A DNA stretch of 64,000 bases from a virus. Lineage: Duplodnaviria > Heunggongvirae > Uroviricota > Caudoviricetes. Below are positions 9,901-19,800 of the stretch, piece after piece (position 1 is the stretch's first letter; every line of letters begins with the position of its first letter). Location: the IMG/VR virus record IMGVR_UViG_3300033405_000002, positions 51,595-115,594 of that record; one strand, 5' to 3'. A model generated the notes under the pieces. That model saw only the letters and a program-made list of their open reading frames with translations. It made no database searches and was not told the origin of the DNA. The translations under genes were made by a program, and so were the position numbers.

Positions 9901-12363
9901 CGCGGGGTGCCGTTGAGTTACTAAGTCAGCGTAAAGGTCAATGACTGACAGACCAACCTGAAAAGCCTCTTCTGCGGGTCCAATCGCGGTGTTGACGTTT
10001 AATGTCGCTGTAGCGCCGCTGGAGTTCAACGTAACATCAGACAAGTTTGGATAATTCTCCGTCCAGATGTAGTCGAGCGGGTCAGTATCAGCGTCCGTAG
10101 ATGCAGCAGCAGACAGTTGCAGATCGCCAGAGACCAACTGCGCCGCCATACCATCAAGGCTAGTCCCATAATTTGCGTGCGTAAACGCTGCGCTGAATTG
10201 GGTAGCGGACGCGGCTGTTACGGTCAACGTGACACCGTTTAAGAACTGATTCTCAGTCTGCACGAAATTGAACAACGCGATGCTTTGTCCCACTGTGAAG
10301 TCGTTCATACAGTACACCGTGATGACGTTGTTCACAATGGTGATGCTGAAGATGTTGGTGAAGTTCGTTGAATAGAACGTCCCGTTACGCCACACGATAG
10401 CATCCACTGGCGTAACGCTCGCGATAGGCGGCACATTGTAAAAGCTGGCGTACACCGGGAGAATAGCAGAAATGTAGCTGTAGCTTATGGCGATCTGTTG
10501 TCCTTGGTCTGCGATGTTGAACGTGTAGACGCCCGTGCTTTGGTCAACAGTGTATTGCCCTTGCTGTGGGTCTGTATCCACGGCTGTGAACGGCTTCAAG
10601 CTTGGGTAATACACCACCCCAGCATCTTCGAAGTAGTCCGTAAAGTTTGTGACCTGCACGGTGAACGGTGGGTTCGGCACGGTGACAGACGGAATCGAGT
10701 GAAGTTCCCCGGCTACAGGCGTAGGAATTTCATACTCAGCAACAACCGCCCAGAGTGACGTGTTATCAATTAGGGACTTGGTGCCACGGAGCCACGTAAA
10801 GTTGCGGTTATTGTAGAATCCCGGCACATTCGTGAGATTGAGTGTGATCGGATTTACTGAAGCCACTTCCAAGGGCCAAGCCGCCGCCGATGCCGCTGGA
10901 GGGATTGACACTGCGGTGAATGGTTCGAGCAGGTAAACCAGATTCACGCTGCCGTTCTGGGCGATAGCGAGAGTGCTTTGAACAAACGAACCGCCCGAAG
11001 TCGTGCCAAACGTCGGGTGGAATGTCCATGCGTTCTGCCCGTTTTTTACACCAAGCAAAACTGATCCTGTGATACCTTCTGGGTGATTTGACTGAGACCA
11101 ATAGGTCTGACTGAGCCAACGGTTGCCGAACGCGTCACCGATAACAGTCAGGCGATTGTCCGAATAACGAGCCGAGAAAGTAGTGAGAACCTGCGGCACT
11201 TCATCCCAGCCTTGCCCGTTTAGACCGAACGAGTCGCCAAAGATCAACCCGAAGCCTTCGGCGGCATCGCCAAAGTAATTTCCAAAGTTGGAGCCGAAGC
11301 CCGAAACCGGGAAGTTGTAACCAATCAAATTGATGGTGAACTGCTGGTCAGCCCCGGTGAAAACCTTCGGGTGAGACTGATAGTAAAGCTCCACACTCAA
11401 ACCGTTCGTGAGCAAAGACACACCGTCGATCTGGTTGCCTGTGCGCGATGGGGAGCTTTCAAGAATGATTGCTGTTCCGGGAACGGCAATGTCCGTGCCT
11501 TGCGCCAACTCCACCGCGAGCAGGCTGTTGCCTACAGGAGACACGGATGGAAGCGCCGCACCGGGGTATCCGTTCGACGGAGTAATCGTTGGCTCTGTCG
11601 TTGTTGGGTAATTACCAAACGTGACGTTGGCGGTGACTTGTGTTGTCGTGGCTGTTGCTACCTGCACCAGCGCACCGTTCAAGAACTGCGCGTTAGTGAA
11701 GCCGTCCAGCAGCAACCACTGACCTTCAACAAACGGTTCCGTCATGGCTGGCGAAAGCGCCAAGGTCAACGTGCTGCTTAAAATGGTTACGCTGGCAACC
11801 GTCCCTACTTGCAGCGCCGGATCGGTCAAAGACACCGCAACCAACGTATCGCCATTGTTTAGCACGGTGATGTCGTAGGCACTGCGGATGCGCGATCCCA
11901 TAGCGCCAGTGATAACGGTAGGCCCAGTCAGAGTCATCGTGTTCACGTTGTAGGTGAACTTGATGAGATCGTTCAATTGTGGGTTGGACGTAGCGGGGCC
12001 CGTTGGCGTATCACGAGTGCCGATGATGTGAAGCAAGCCTGTCGCAGAATCAAATGCTACGGCTGGATCAAACGATGTGTTTGGCTGCGGGAAAACATAG
12101 GTCGCCACAGGGACGGACTTTGGCGGTTGAGCGCCGAAGGATGCGCCGGGTCCGGGTGACGGGGGCACCGGATCGGATTGCAGGATGACGAAGGAATTGT
12201 AGAGCGCCCCAGTCGAAAACGCAGAGCCGAATCCAACGCCGAAGCCCGGATAGGTGCTTCGCACGTTGGAAACAATGTAGAGATTCAGGCCCGTCTCTAC
12301 AAATTCGGCGTTACCTGTAGAGAGTTCCTTCCCCCACGAGGTCGTGTCTAGGGTTGTAATCAT
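6949..12363 (-). CDS. large virion/fibre-like protein with Ig/PKD-like and C-terminal FN3-like domains
   Basis: 1804 aa, T/S/G/V-rich; YQWTQVSG...FSITVNDG PKD-like motif; YYFRVQAVGPDGPSAYS FN3-like motif. Confidence 0.75.
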   Translation of the reverse strand: MITTLDTTSWGKELSTGNAEFVETGLNLYIVSNVRSTYPGFGVGFGSAFSTGALYNSFVILQSDPVPPSPGPGASFGAQPPKSVPVATYVFPQPNTSFDPAVAFDSATGLLHIIGTRDTPTGPATSNPQLNDLIKFTYNVNTMTLTGPTVITGAMGSRIRSAYDITVLNNGDTLVAVSLTDPALQVGTVASVTILSSTLTLALSPAMTEPFVEGQWLLLDGFTNAQFLNGALVQVATATTTQVTANVTFGNYPTTTEPTITPSNGYPGAALPSVSPVGNSLLAVELAQGTDIAVPGTAIILESSPSRTGNQIDGVSLLTNGLSVELYYQSHPKVFTGADQQFTINLIGYNFPVSGFGSNFGNYFGDAAEGFGLIFGDSFGLNGQGWDEVPQVLTTFSARYSDNRLTVIGDAFGNRWLSQTYWSQSNHPEGITGSVLLGVKNGQNAWTFHPTFGTTSGGSFVQSTLAIAQNGSVNLVYLLEPFTAVSIPPAASAAAWPLEVASVNPITLNLTNVPGFYNNRNFTWLRGTKSLIDNTSLWAVVAEYEIPTPVAGELHSIPSVTVPNPPFTVQVTNFTDYFEDAGVVYYPSLKPFTAVDTDPQQGQYTVDQSTGVYTFNIADQGQQIAISYSYISAILPVYASFYNVPPIASVTPVDAIVWRNGTFYSTNFTNIFSITIVNNVITVYCMNDFTVGQSIALFNFVQTENQFLNGVTLTVTAASATQFSAAFTHANYGTSLDGMAAQLVSGDLQLSAAASTDADTDPLDYIWTENYPNLSDVTLNSSGATATLNVNTAIGPAEEAFQVGLSVIDLYADLVTQRHPALDITNVTVSSGTLTATFTAPAGAIVPIAGEQVMFYDVTLGPPVAPTVGVTPGGSLPEQTPSTVGFGYNYNYGFGQTGFSIIVTYLNEVGETVGSTSTIYANTIPAGYLMTVTSPAASGDATQWNVYIGNPGQEQLQEQYYNGTNVLSTPIPLGTGFIEPPLGFNFVSTNAPTTSTAFESWLNDQVLTLSAGTNSNTLVVNNFSPGFGSDFGVYFGGFSAYSASVTGDAISQFQFQQVNILVPENADPTITFPSPQWTTGNTLATNVARNTTITITPDQITDPTTQFPVIYEGVTDPDDSTTYQWTQVSGTTVALPKGTTHPFLEIATNGVNINGETLVFSITVNDGVNPAVTATINIPVAAYVFTANNTDTLQLSRAVFSASAPVTNISIVNGVGTITANNTFVAGQSVWFEGLTGAAAFLNGIPFTVLPTGFGQSFNMHFGSQSLSPTSFQIYDAALPNFAGAATGIAYSSMPISLRNTPQIWSPLDISIIFNNLRSVKRTSVLDGSDRYIVISPQSVLVYAVFPSATPAAVLLRKLLLPNSAFILDAVHTEQDYTLVLDSEGNIWRYSSAPNINTDDPDTQIILADYTELSFADSTLAFDVSITTTVSNGNQRVVVLSGEEGALLMQLNTTTLAVTSLLELDVASNLVYGASKVQFVRWNNMGSIASGRILLGTIANQTAQITNVQYSGPSGTPAYQLTFTAQNSFVAGDAIKISGLTSAAASVLNGYTVDVISVTPNGTQFTASLELGVSIPSFNVSDTGLAESLNSGSTYETLIDLTNDTIIGTWDKSKLKNQFVHTGEIMFDPDSTYSGGPTPPLLQVPTTVIVQGVTNIALSWQQLRPDLITSYIVQYALGTTLAAVIVPSIAPYSYQVPAAEYFTADEGVFDITAGVQLVPTTSNIVNSGQYSVTQSGLYQFNGAQAGHALNIFIRQEFQNFQTIGAGSIQSIISPITTGLTYYFRVQAVGPDGPSAYSNVQQITV

Positions 12364-12386
12364 TTCTCATCGCCAGCCTTCACCAA

Positions 12387-13112
12387 TTACATGTTTTGAG
12401 AGCCAGTTGATTTCGCATACCACGTGGTGAGGGTTGCGTCCCACGTGAATGTCTGGCACGAAACAGCATTGGCTGTCGCTGTAGGAGTCGTAAAGCCGTG
12501 TACGTTCGACGCCACAGTGACGGTTGATGGCGTTGTTCCGCCCTGAACCCATAGAATGGTGAGTTCTTGACCATCCTGCACACCAGCCGAAATCGTCACA
12601 ACCACGCTCGCAATGTTGTTGAGTGCGACGCGAACGCTATTTCCAAGCGCTGGGTTGATTGTCGTAGATGACGCTGCCACAACCGCTTGCTTCAGCGGCG
12701 CGGTCGGTCCAAGTGAGTCAGCAAGAACCCAAGTGGTGCCGTTGTAGGAGTAGTAAGCGTTCGTGTTGTTGTCGTAAACTTCCCAGCCTTTGAGCGGGGT
12801 GTAGAACTCCCACGCGCCGGGGGAAACGTTTACGCCGGGGGTGATGCTGGTGCCGTCCTGTGCATCGTAGGCCCAGTAAGCGATCTGACCGATTGTAGCG
12901 CTGCTCCAGCCGCCGCCTGTGCCAGCCACGACGTAAGTGTTGCCGTTGTTCACGGTCGTCAGAACTGGCGCGGTCGCCAAGTTCATGCTGATGACGTTGG
13001 CTTGGACAAGTCCCTGCCAAGTGCGAAACTGATGGCGCTCACCATCCCCGTAAGTGTCTCCGTTTGCTGCGCTTACCATTGTTGCAATCTTTGGTCCGTT
13101 CACGATGCTCAT
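12387..13112 (-). CDS. virion-associated protein, DUF2793-like N-terminus
   Basis: GNTYVV..GGW..GQIAYW...AWEFYTPLKGWEVYD...YNGTTW pattern. Confidence 0.65.
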   Translation of the reverse strand: MSIVNGPKIATMVSAANGDTYGDGERHQFRTWQGLVQANVISMNLATAPVLTTVNNGNTYVVAGTGGGWSSATIGQIAYWAYDAQDGTSITPGVNVSPGAWEFYTPLKGWEVYDNNTNAYYSYNGTTWVLADSLGPTAPLKQAVVAASSTTINPALGNSVRVALNNIASVVVTISAGVQDGQELTILWVQGGTTPSTVTVASNVHGFTTPTATANAVSCQTFTWDATLTTWYAKSTGSQNM

Positions 13113-13153
13113 AGAAAGTTACCCCTCATCTTAAGGTCTGGAAATCAAATTAG

Positions 13154-13336
13154 TTACTCACCATCGGGATACCGCCCGCCGATTCGTCCGCACCCTTCGC
13201 AGGGATGCGAGATATGGCGCAAGCAGCCGGGATGATGACACGGCACGCCGGGTGGGAGCGGATGGCTCCAAACCACGGCGTAGTCCGGGTCGTTTTTTGC
13301 TTCTTCTACGTGCGCACGCAGGGCGTCTAACTCCAT
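13154..13336 (-). CDS. small protein carrying a copy of a portal segment plus a Cys/His motif
   Basis: TAATG coupling to portal stop; LRAHVEEAKNDPDYAVV then CHHPGC..H..PCEGC. Confidence 0.6.
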   Translation of the reverse strand: MELDALRAHVEEAKNDPDYAVVWSHPLPPGVPCHHPGCLRHISHPCEGCGRIGGRYPDGE

Positions 13337-15954
13337 TACGCCATACCTTCGCCGGAGCCTTCCGGCCCTTCATCTTCAGAGTGATCCACTTCGTTGAGTT
13401 GCAAGCCCTTCGTGAGCTTCTTACCCAAGTCAGTGTTGGTCATCATCCATTCGCCAACGCTGCCATAGATATTACTGAGCATTTCGTTGAACTTAGAGTC
13501 TTTGACCGTGAAGAGCGCGTCTTCCAACTTGCGCTCGCAATCCTCTGGGTCGAGGTTCAGGAACTCGTAAATGATGTCAACCGGGAGCGATCCCTTGCTG
13601 TACAGGTTGAAGAGCATGTCATACAAGTCGCCGGAGTCACGCAACGCCATACGGCTGAAGCTGACCTTCGGGAAAATCCAGCGCGGACGACCGTACTTGT
13701 CCATCTCGTAGAAACCCTTTTCCATCGCGATAGGCTTGAAGACCTGATCTTCGATGATCCCGGTAAGCAAGTCACGGAACTGAAGGTACGAGACGTTCAT
13801 GATCTCCAACTGGATACGGTTCCCGCTGTACATGCCCTCACCAATCAGGATTTCGGGTGACAGACCTAAACCAATAGCCAAGTCGGAGTTCGTGTGCGAA
13901 TACTCGCCGTCCAGCACGAGCAAACGTCCATCGGAGCCGATTTCGTCCCAGCGTGCTTCGTAGTTCAGCACAACGCTGTAGTCTGGGTCTGCCTTCGCTT
14001 CGTCAACGTGGGCGCGGAGAGCCAGAACTTCGGCCGTTGGAATGCCCGGAGCGATGACCATTGTCTTCGGGGTCATGTTACGGGACGCAAGTGTACTCTG
14101 CACCTGACGCAGCTTCTCGCGATAAATGACTGTGCGGATGCAACGTTGCAGGATCGAGCGACCGTGCAATTCATAGCCGCTCTTCTTGCGTGCAAAGTGA
14201 ATGACGTAAGAACCCTTCATCGGGTCTTGATTGAGCGGAATCTTGCCTTCGGTCTGAATCTTTTCCTTGACCTCGGGTGGAACATCTGGGTCTTCGAGGT
14301 ACGCCTGCTTCTGGTTCTCAGGCGGTTTGTAATAGATAGTTGGGCCGTCTTCCATTTGACCTTCGTTCGCCACTTCCATCTGTTCTGGTGGGAGAATCTG
14401 AATCTTGGTCGGGCCGTCGTAATCCTTGTTGGTCACGTGGCTGAACAGTTCAAGCTCTTCCGCCTTCTTCTCACGGATTTCCTTGAGTTCTTCGAGCAAT
14501 TCCTTTTGCTTTTCGAGCAAGCGGAGCAAGTGCTTACGCTCCATCAAATCACGCTGTGCGGACACGGACATGCCAGTTGCAATAGCGTCTTGCGCCTCGC
14601 CAGCCATGTCTCCGGGGATGCCCATACCGCCGCCCCCGCCTCCACCCATCGGGATGTCTCCACCGCCGCCGGGTGCGCCTGCACCTTCGATGTCACCTAA
14701 CCCCGGATCGCCTAGCGGAGCGCCTTCTGCGCCGGGGGCCGGAACTGCATCACCACCCGCTTCCGGTGGTGCGCCTGCACCCGCGCCTGCTGGTTCTGCC
14801 GCTGGAGCCGGGGCTGCGCCGCCTGCTGGCGGTTGAGCCACTTTTTCAAAACTCGCTTGCTGTTGAATTGGTGCGTTCAGTGAATCGTCATAATCAAACG
14901 AACGCCCAATAAGCTTCGCCAGCTTCTCGCGTGCTTCCGCAGCGATCTTGTCTAATGCCTTGGTGCCGCCTTGGTCAGCCGCAATGATGAGCTTTGCTAG
15001 GGTCTTGGCTGGAACCTTCGCGATCTTTGCGACCTTACGTGTCTGAGTGTTGAGCGCCGCCTTCGCCTTGGCAATCTTGCTTGCAACCTTCTCAATAGGC
15101 TCGTAGAAATCAAAATTGATCCCAGCAGCTTTCAACTCATCCAACACGGCAGAGCGTTTGTTGATCCATGACGAGCGCTTCCCCGGATCAAGGTATTCCA
15201 TGATACGGTCGGACGTGCCGCCAAGCGGCGTATGGAATTCAGACTCTTTGCCTTGTTCAGAACCAACGCTGTTCTGATCTTCTTCAACGATCTTCTGTGC
15301 TTCTTTGCAAGGCTCGATGTCGGCTGGCTTTTCAACGAAGATGAAGGTCTCGCCGATTGTCCAGTATTCTCGGACTGCATCAATCAGAACTTGGAACAGT
15401 TTCGTAGCACCAACGAAGCGCTGGAATTCATCGAACACGAAGTCCGCGTACTCTTCTGAAGAGCACTTTGGCTTGCTGAGTTCCATCTTGGACAACGGGA
15501 GTTCGGTGTGCAAATCAATGGCGCGACCAACGATTGGATCGCGGTCGTATGCCAGACGATAGAAACGCAGTTCTTCAGCACGGGATGCCGGGAGTTCCAA
15601 AGCGTCAACCGGAAATTCGTAGCTGTAATAACCAATGTTGTTGGAGTCGGCGATATTGGCATATCCGTCGCCGCCAGCGTCACCGAAGCCGAAACCTGCG
15701 GTCTTGCCAGTCTGAACTGTGGGATCACTACCGAGCAGGCTGTCAGCCAGCCCGCGCATCCCGCGCAGCTTGTTGCGGTAGGCTACGTCATCGGCGATCT
15801 TGTCACCGTCCATGGTTGTGTAGCGCCCTGCGGAGGCATATTCACGAACGTTGCCGTCCTTGTCCGTGACTTTGGCGATCTTTCGGATGTCCTTAGTTGG
15901 GCCGACGCTTACATTGCCTGTGCGCTTGCGTCTGGGTTTCTTCTCGTCTGCCAT
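13336..15954 (-). CDS. putative portal protein
   Basis: 872 aa; YDRDPIVGRAIDLHTELPLS and HGRSILQRCIRT motifs typical of large-phage portals; internal low-complexity G/A/P insert. Confidence 0.65.
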   Translation of the reverse strand: MADEKKPRRKRTGNVSVGPTKDIRKIAKVTDKDGNVREYASAGRYTTMDGDKIADDVAYRNKLRGMRGLADSLLGSDPTVQTGKTAGFGFGDAGGDGYANIADSNNIGYYSYEFPVDALELPASRAEELRFYRLAYDRDPIVGRAIDLHTELPLSKMELSKPKCSSEEYADFVFDEFQRFVGATKLFQVLIDAVREYWTIGETFIFVEKPADIEPCKEAQKIVEEDQNSVGSEQGKESEFHTPLGGTSDRIMEYLDPGKRSSWINKRSAVLDELKAAGINFDFYEPIEKVASKIAKAKAALNTQTRKVAKIAKVPAKTLAKLIIAADQGGTKALDKIAAEAREKLAKLIGRSFDYDDSLNAPIQQQASFEKVAQPPAGGAAPAPAAEPAGAGAGAPPEAGGDAVPAPGAEGAPLGDPGLGDIEGAGAPGGGGDIPMGGGGGGGMGIPGDMAGEAQDAIATGMSVSAQRDLMERKHLLRLLEKQKELLEELKEIREKKAEELELFSHVTNKDYDGPTKIQILPPEQMEVANEGQMEDGPTIYYKPPENQKQAYLEDPDVPPEVKEKIQTEGKIPLNQDPMKGSYVIHFARKKSGYELHGRSILQRCIRTVIYREKLRQVQSTLASRNMTPKTMVIAPGIPTAEVLALRAHVDEAKADPDYSVVLNYEARWDEIGSDGRLLVLDGEYSHTNSDLAIGLGLSPEILIGEGMYSGNRIQLEIMNVSYLQFRDLLTGIIEDQVFKPIAMEKGFYEMDKYGRPRWIFPKVSFSRMALRDSGDLYDMLFNLYSKGSLPVDIIYEFLNLDPEDCERKLEDALFTVKDSKFNEMLSNIYGSVGEWMMTNTDLGKKLTKGLQLNEVDHSEDEGPEGSGEGMA

Positions 15955-15997
15955 TCGTATCCCCTGTAAAATGAATCAAAAGCACGATTTTCTGCCT

Positions 15998-16834
15998 TTA
16001 TTCAGATTCTTCGATCTCTTCCGTGGGGTCTTTGAAAGGATTAGGACGCTTGCGCTTCTTAGCCTTTTCGACGTCGATGTTTGCGAGCCGTTCCTTAGCG
16101 ATCTCAAGCAGCGCGTCTGGAGGCAAACCCACAAGTTCCGGCGTACTGAAGCCTTCCGTGTCTTCCCCCTCTAACGGGATCGGATTGGCGGCCTGCTTCC
16201 GCAAAGCTGCACGTTTCTCCTCTTCCATGATGCGAAGACGAGCTTTCCGCGCCGCTGAATGTGCTTTTTCCAGCACAATCTCCATCTGGGCTGCTTCCTT
16301 AACCTTGGACTCACTCATAGCCCGGATGCCTGCGTAGGCTTGCTTCAGAAGCTCCACGGTTGGTGCGAGCGCCTTGCGCTCATCATCCCCCAAGAACTCC
16401 CACAACCTAGTGAGCCAAAGCATCGTGCCCTTCAGTTGGTCGTGCGCACGCACAGATAAACCCATTGCATTGTAGAGCTTGCGAGAATCAAGCCGCATCA
16501 AAGAACGCTTCCTGATAATCTCCGTCTCGCCGTCGTTGGAAGGGTCGATCATCCATTCGGCAAACTTTGTCGGGATCGGAGGGGCGAACGTGACAAACTC
16601 TTTGCCTTGAAGTGCTGCTTTGGATTTAGTGAAGCGGGATTTGCGAGGTTTGTGTTCCCCGATTTGCTTGACAACGGAGTCGTATTGATCGCCTTCAGGG
16701 AGTCCAAAAGCGTGCTCCCCTTCTTCGAGCGCTTCTGACCATTCGCGTCCGCACTTCTTGCAGGAGCCGAAGTAGTCGATCTGACCATTGCACTGCGGGC
16801 AGCGCTTGTCAGCATTCTTTTTTGACGGTGCCAT
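15998..16834 (-). CDS. hypothetical protein with N-terminal Zn ribbon
   Basis: CPQC..CKKC; 278 aa. Confidence 0.7.
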   Translation of the reverse strand: MAPSKKNADKRCPQCNGQIDYFGSCKKCGREWSEALEEGEHAFGLPEGDQYDSVVKQIGEHKPRKSRFTKSKAALQGKEFVTFAPPIPTKFAEWMIDPSNDGETEIIRKRSLMRLDSRKLYNAMGLSVRAHDQLKGTMLWLTRLWEFLGDDERKALAPTVELLKQAYAGIRAMSESKVKEAAQMEIVLEKAHSAARKARLRIMEEEKRAALRKQAANPIPLEGEDTEGFSTPELVGLPPDALLEIAKERLANIDVEKAKKRKRPNPFKDPTEEIEESE

Positions 16835-16835
16835 G

Positions 16836-19800
16836 TTATGCCTCTACTTGAGGCGGCTGGAAATCAAGTGCTTCTTGAAAAACAGGGGGAAGTCCTGTAT
16901 CTGCAATGATTTCGTCGCCCAAAATCGGCACATTGGGACGCTTCACATTCGCCGTGAGTGGGATAGCACCCATGAAACCAAACTCTGGGCACTTCGTGTC
17001 GCGTGCGTGAATGTCCATGCGAGCTTCGTACTGCGCCAGTGTCTCAAGGCAATCGTCCTGACCGTCAGGGATGTGGTCAATCGTCCAAAACTCATGAAGC
17101 TGGAGCAGAGCAACCAGCGCACGCTTGATCTTTTTCGGCTCAGTCAGAGGCCAGCCATTTTTCGCGTTCGTGTCAAAGAGGCACGCCGAAGATTCCATTG
17201 CACGTGGATGTAAGTTCGCCTGCATCCAAGCCTTGGCACGTGCGATTTGTGTCTGGTCGCCGGAGACCAGAGCGCGAAGAAGATTCTTTCTCGTCGGCGC
17301 GTCAAACTCATCGGGAATGTATGTCTCAATCCCGTCAATGAACGTGTACCCGGCTGGGTCTTTCTTGTCTGTGACGTTGTGGTCAACGTCCCAGCTATGC
17401 CCGTACTCCGCGTCAGTCTCAATCGGCACAACCCAACCCATCTTCTCATGATACTTGCGCAGCTTCATCAAACGCGTAAGACGCGGCAGGATGAACGGCA
17501 CGTATTCGTTCTTGATCGAGATGTCAATTTCGTCATGCACCGATCCGTGGAAGCGGAACACTTTCTGAATGTCCGGGTCTTTGTTGATCCATGCCTTGAT
17601 GCGGTTGATGGCGATGCGCATAAAGTCGCCGGACAAACCCTGCACCGGGCAGTTGACTGCTACGCGCTGAATGTAACCGATGAACTTGTTGTAGTCCATG
17701 GCGTTGCGCACACCAGTCTCCGGGTTCTTCCAGAGACGCTGGGCTGCGTCCTCATACTTCTTAGCGCGATCTTCATCCTTCTCCGACTTGGCTTTCTTAG
17801 CTTCGCGCTTCCAGTCGTAGTATTGGCTGAGTCGGTTGCGCTCTTCTTTCGTAGGCACGTGAATGCCTTCAGCTTCCATCGCAGACTTAAAGTTGATGAT
17901 GCGCCCTGTTGCGGTCTCGGTGACAAACTGGTCGCGAGCACGGGCCTGCTTACCTTCGCACCAGCCTTTGAACACAGGCACGCCAGCCCAATACTTGTCT
18001 ACGCGCTCTTGGCAAAGCTCCATCGTGATTGTTGGATCGTTCTTAACCAAGTTCTTGTAGATAGCGTGAGCCGTGCCGCCGTACTGAAGGGCGAAGTTGA
18101 TGATCTTAGCGATGGACCGCAGAGACTTTGCTTTGTACAGCTTGCTCGTCGGATCAGAATACTCAGGGAAAATCTTACGCGCTGTCAGGGCGTGGTGGTC
18201 ACCGTCCCCCTTCAGGAAGATGTCAATAAGTTCTGGCTCGCCGGAAAGGTTAGCAGCGGTGCGAACTTCGATGTTCGAATAGTCAATCGTGAAGAAGGTC
18301 CAGCCGTCTTCTGCACGAAACAAAATACGCAGGTTGCATACTTCGTTCGCGTCCATGGACGTGTTGGGGATCAGAATGCCAAACTTGTTTGCACACGTCG
18401 TGCATTTCGGCACAAGGCAAATCGCATAGTCCATGTACTGACCAATGTGATTCTTGATGATTCCCGGTGCCTTCTTTCCGTCTTGGTCAAAGCAGGACGG
18501 GTCTAAGTCGGCTTCGGTGTATTCTTCGATCTCATGCTCTGGGATAGTGTCTGGCTCAAGCACGTTACCGTAGACGCGCCAGAAGTCATCTTCTTCAAAC
18601 TTCGCCACGCCCTGCGGGTTCCATTCCATGCCGCCATCTTTTTCAAACGTGCCGCCAGAGCCGGACAAGCGCCCGCCGGGAACAACGTTCTGCTTCAGGT
18701 ACAAACGTGCGGTGTTATCCCGCTGGTCGTACTGCAAGTTGTCAGGATGCAGTGCGGATAGTTCGCGGTACTTCTGGAACGTGAGCAGGAATTTGTTGTC
18801 TGGATTTGCCTTGACAAGCTCTTGCAAAGTTTCCTTGTCAGTAGACGGATCGCCGGACTTATCGTTTGTGCGGAAAGGCTTGAACCCCATCAGCTTGAAC
18901 AGAAGTTGCTGTAGTTGCTTCGGCGAGCTTGGATTGAATTCTCCCGTCCATCCGGCTTCACACGCCATTTCAGTCAACGCCGCTTTCAACTTAGCGGTCT
19001 CGCGTGCGTGCCAGCGAGCCGTGCGCTTCTGGCGATCAATATCAACCAAGTAGCGCTGGCGCTCAATATAAGCGAGTGAGTCCACTAGCTCATGGTCAAT
19101 CCGATGAACGAGCTTACGGCTGCGGGCCAAGTCCTTCATGCAATCCCACAGCAACCAAGTACAAATCGAGTCGGCAGCGGCGTACCATAGAGCGATGTCC
19201 GGTGGAACCCATGTGAACGGGACAACCTGCATCTTGAGCGAGTTCTTTTGCGTAGCTACATTGAACACGTGGCAACGCACCTTAGCCACTTCGTCAATGT
19301 CGATCTGCTCCAGACCCAGCACGTTCAATGACAGCGCCTTCAAGCCGCCAGCGTCACCAGAATAGTTTCCTGTGTCGCCAAGATCGGCCTTTGGATCGTT
19401 GATGTACTTCAGAACTTGCACGTCTTCAAAGTGTGGGTACGGGCGGAAGTTGATGCCTAACGTGATACGCATCACTTCGCGGTCAAACTTCGCGTTGTAG
19501 AAAACCAGATGGGATTTGTCGAAAAGCTTCTGAAGAATTCGAGCTACGTCTTCACGCGGGACATTCGTTCCCTTTTCGTGATTGATGGGGATGTACAGAC
19601 CTTCAATGCCGTCAGCGGATAAGCACACTCCGGCGATGTCAGTCCCGGTCTCATAAACCATGACCCACTCGCCTTCCGGCGTCTGTTGAATATCAGTGAA
19701 GATGCGGGTGTCAAGGCTGGTCGTCTCAGTGTCAACCGCGATAACAGGGCAAGTCTCTTTGGAGACATTGAAGGTGTGATACCGGGATGTGTCCGCGAGA

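Noticed and set aside
13252-18506. Long plus-strand ORFs (for example 13894-14700 and 17247-18506)
   Set aside because: They are antisense shadows of the portal and polymerase genes, with no recognisable motifs
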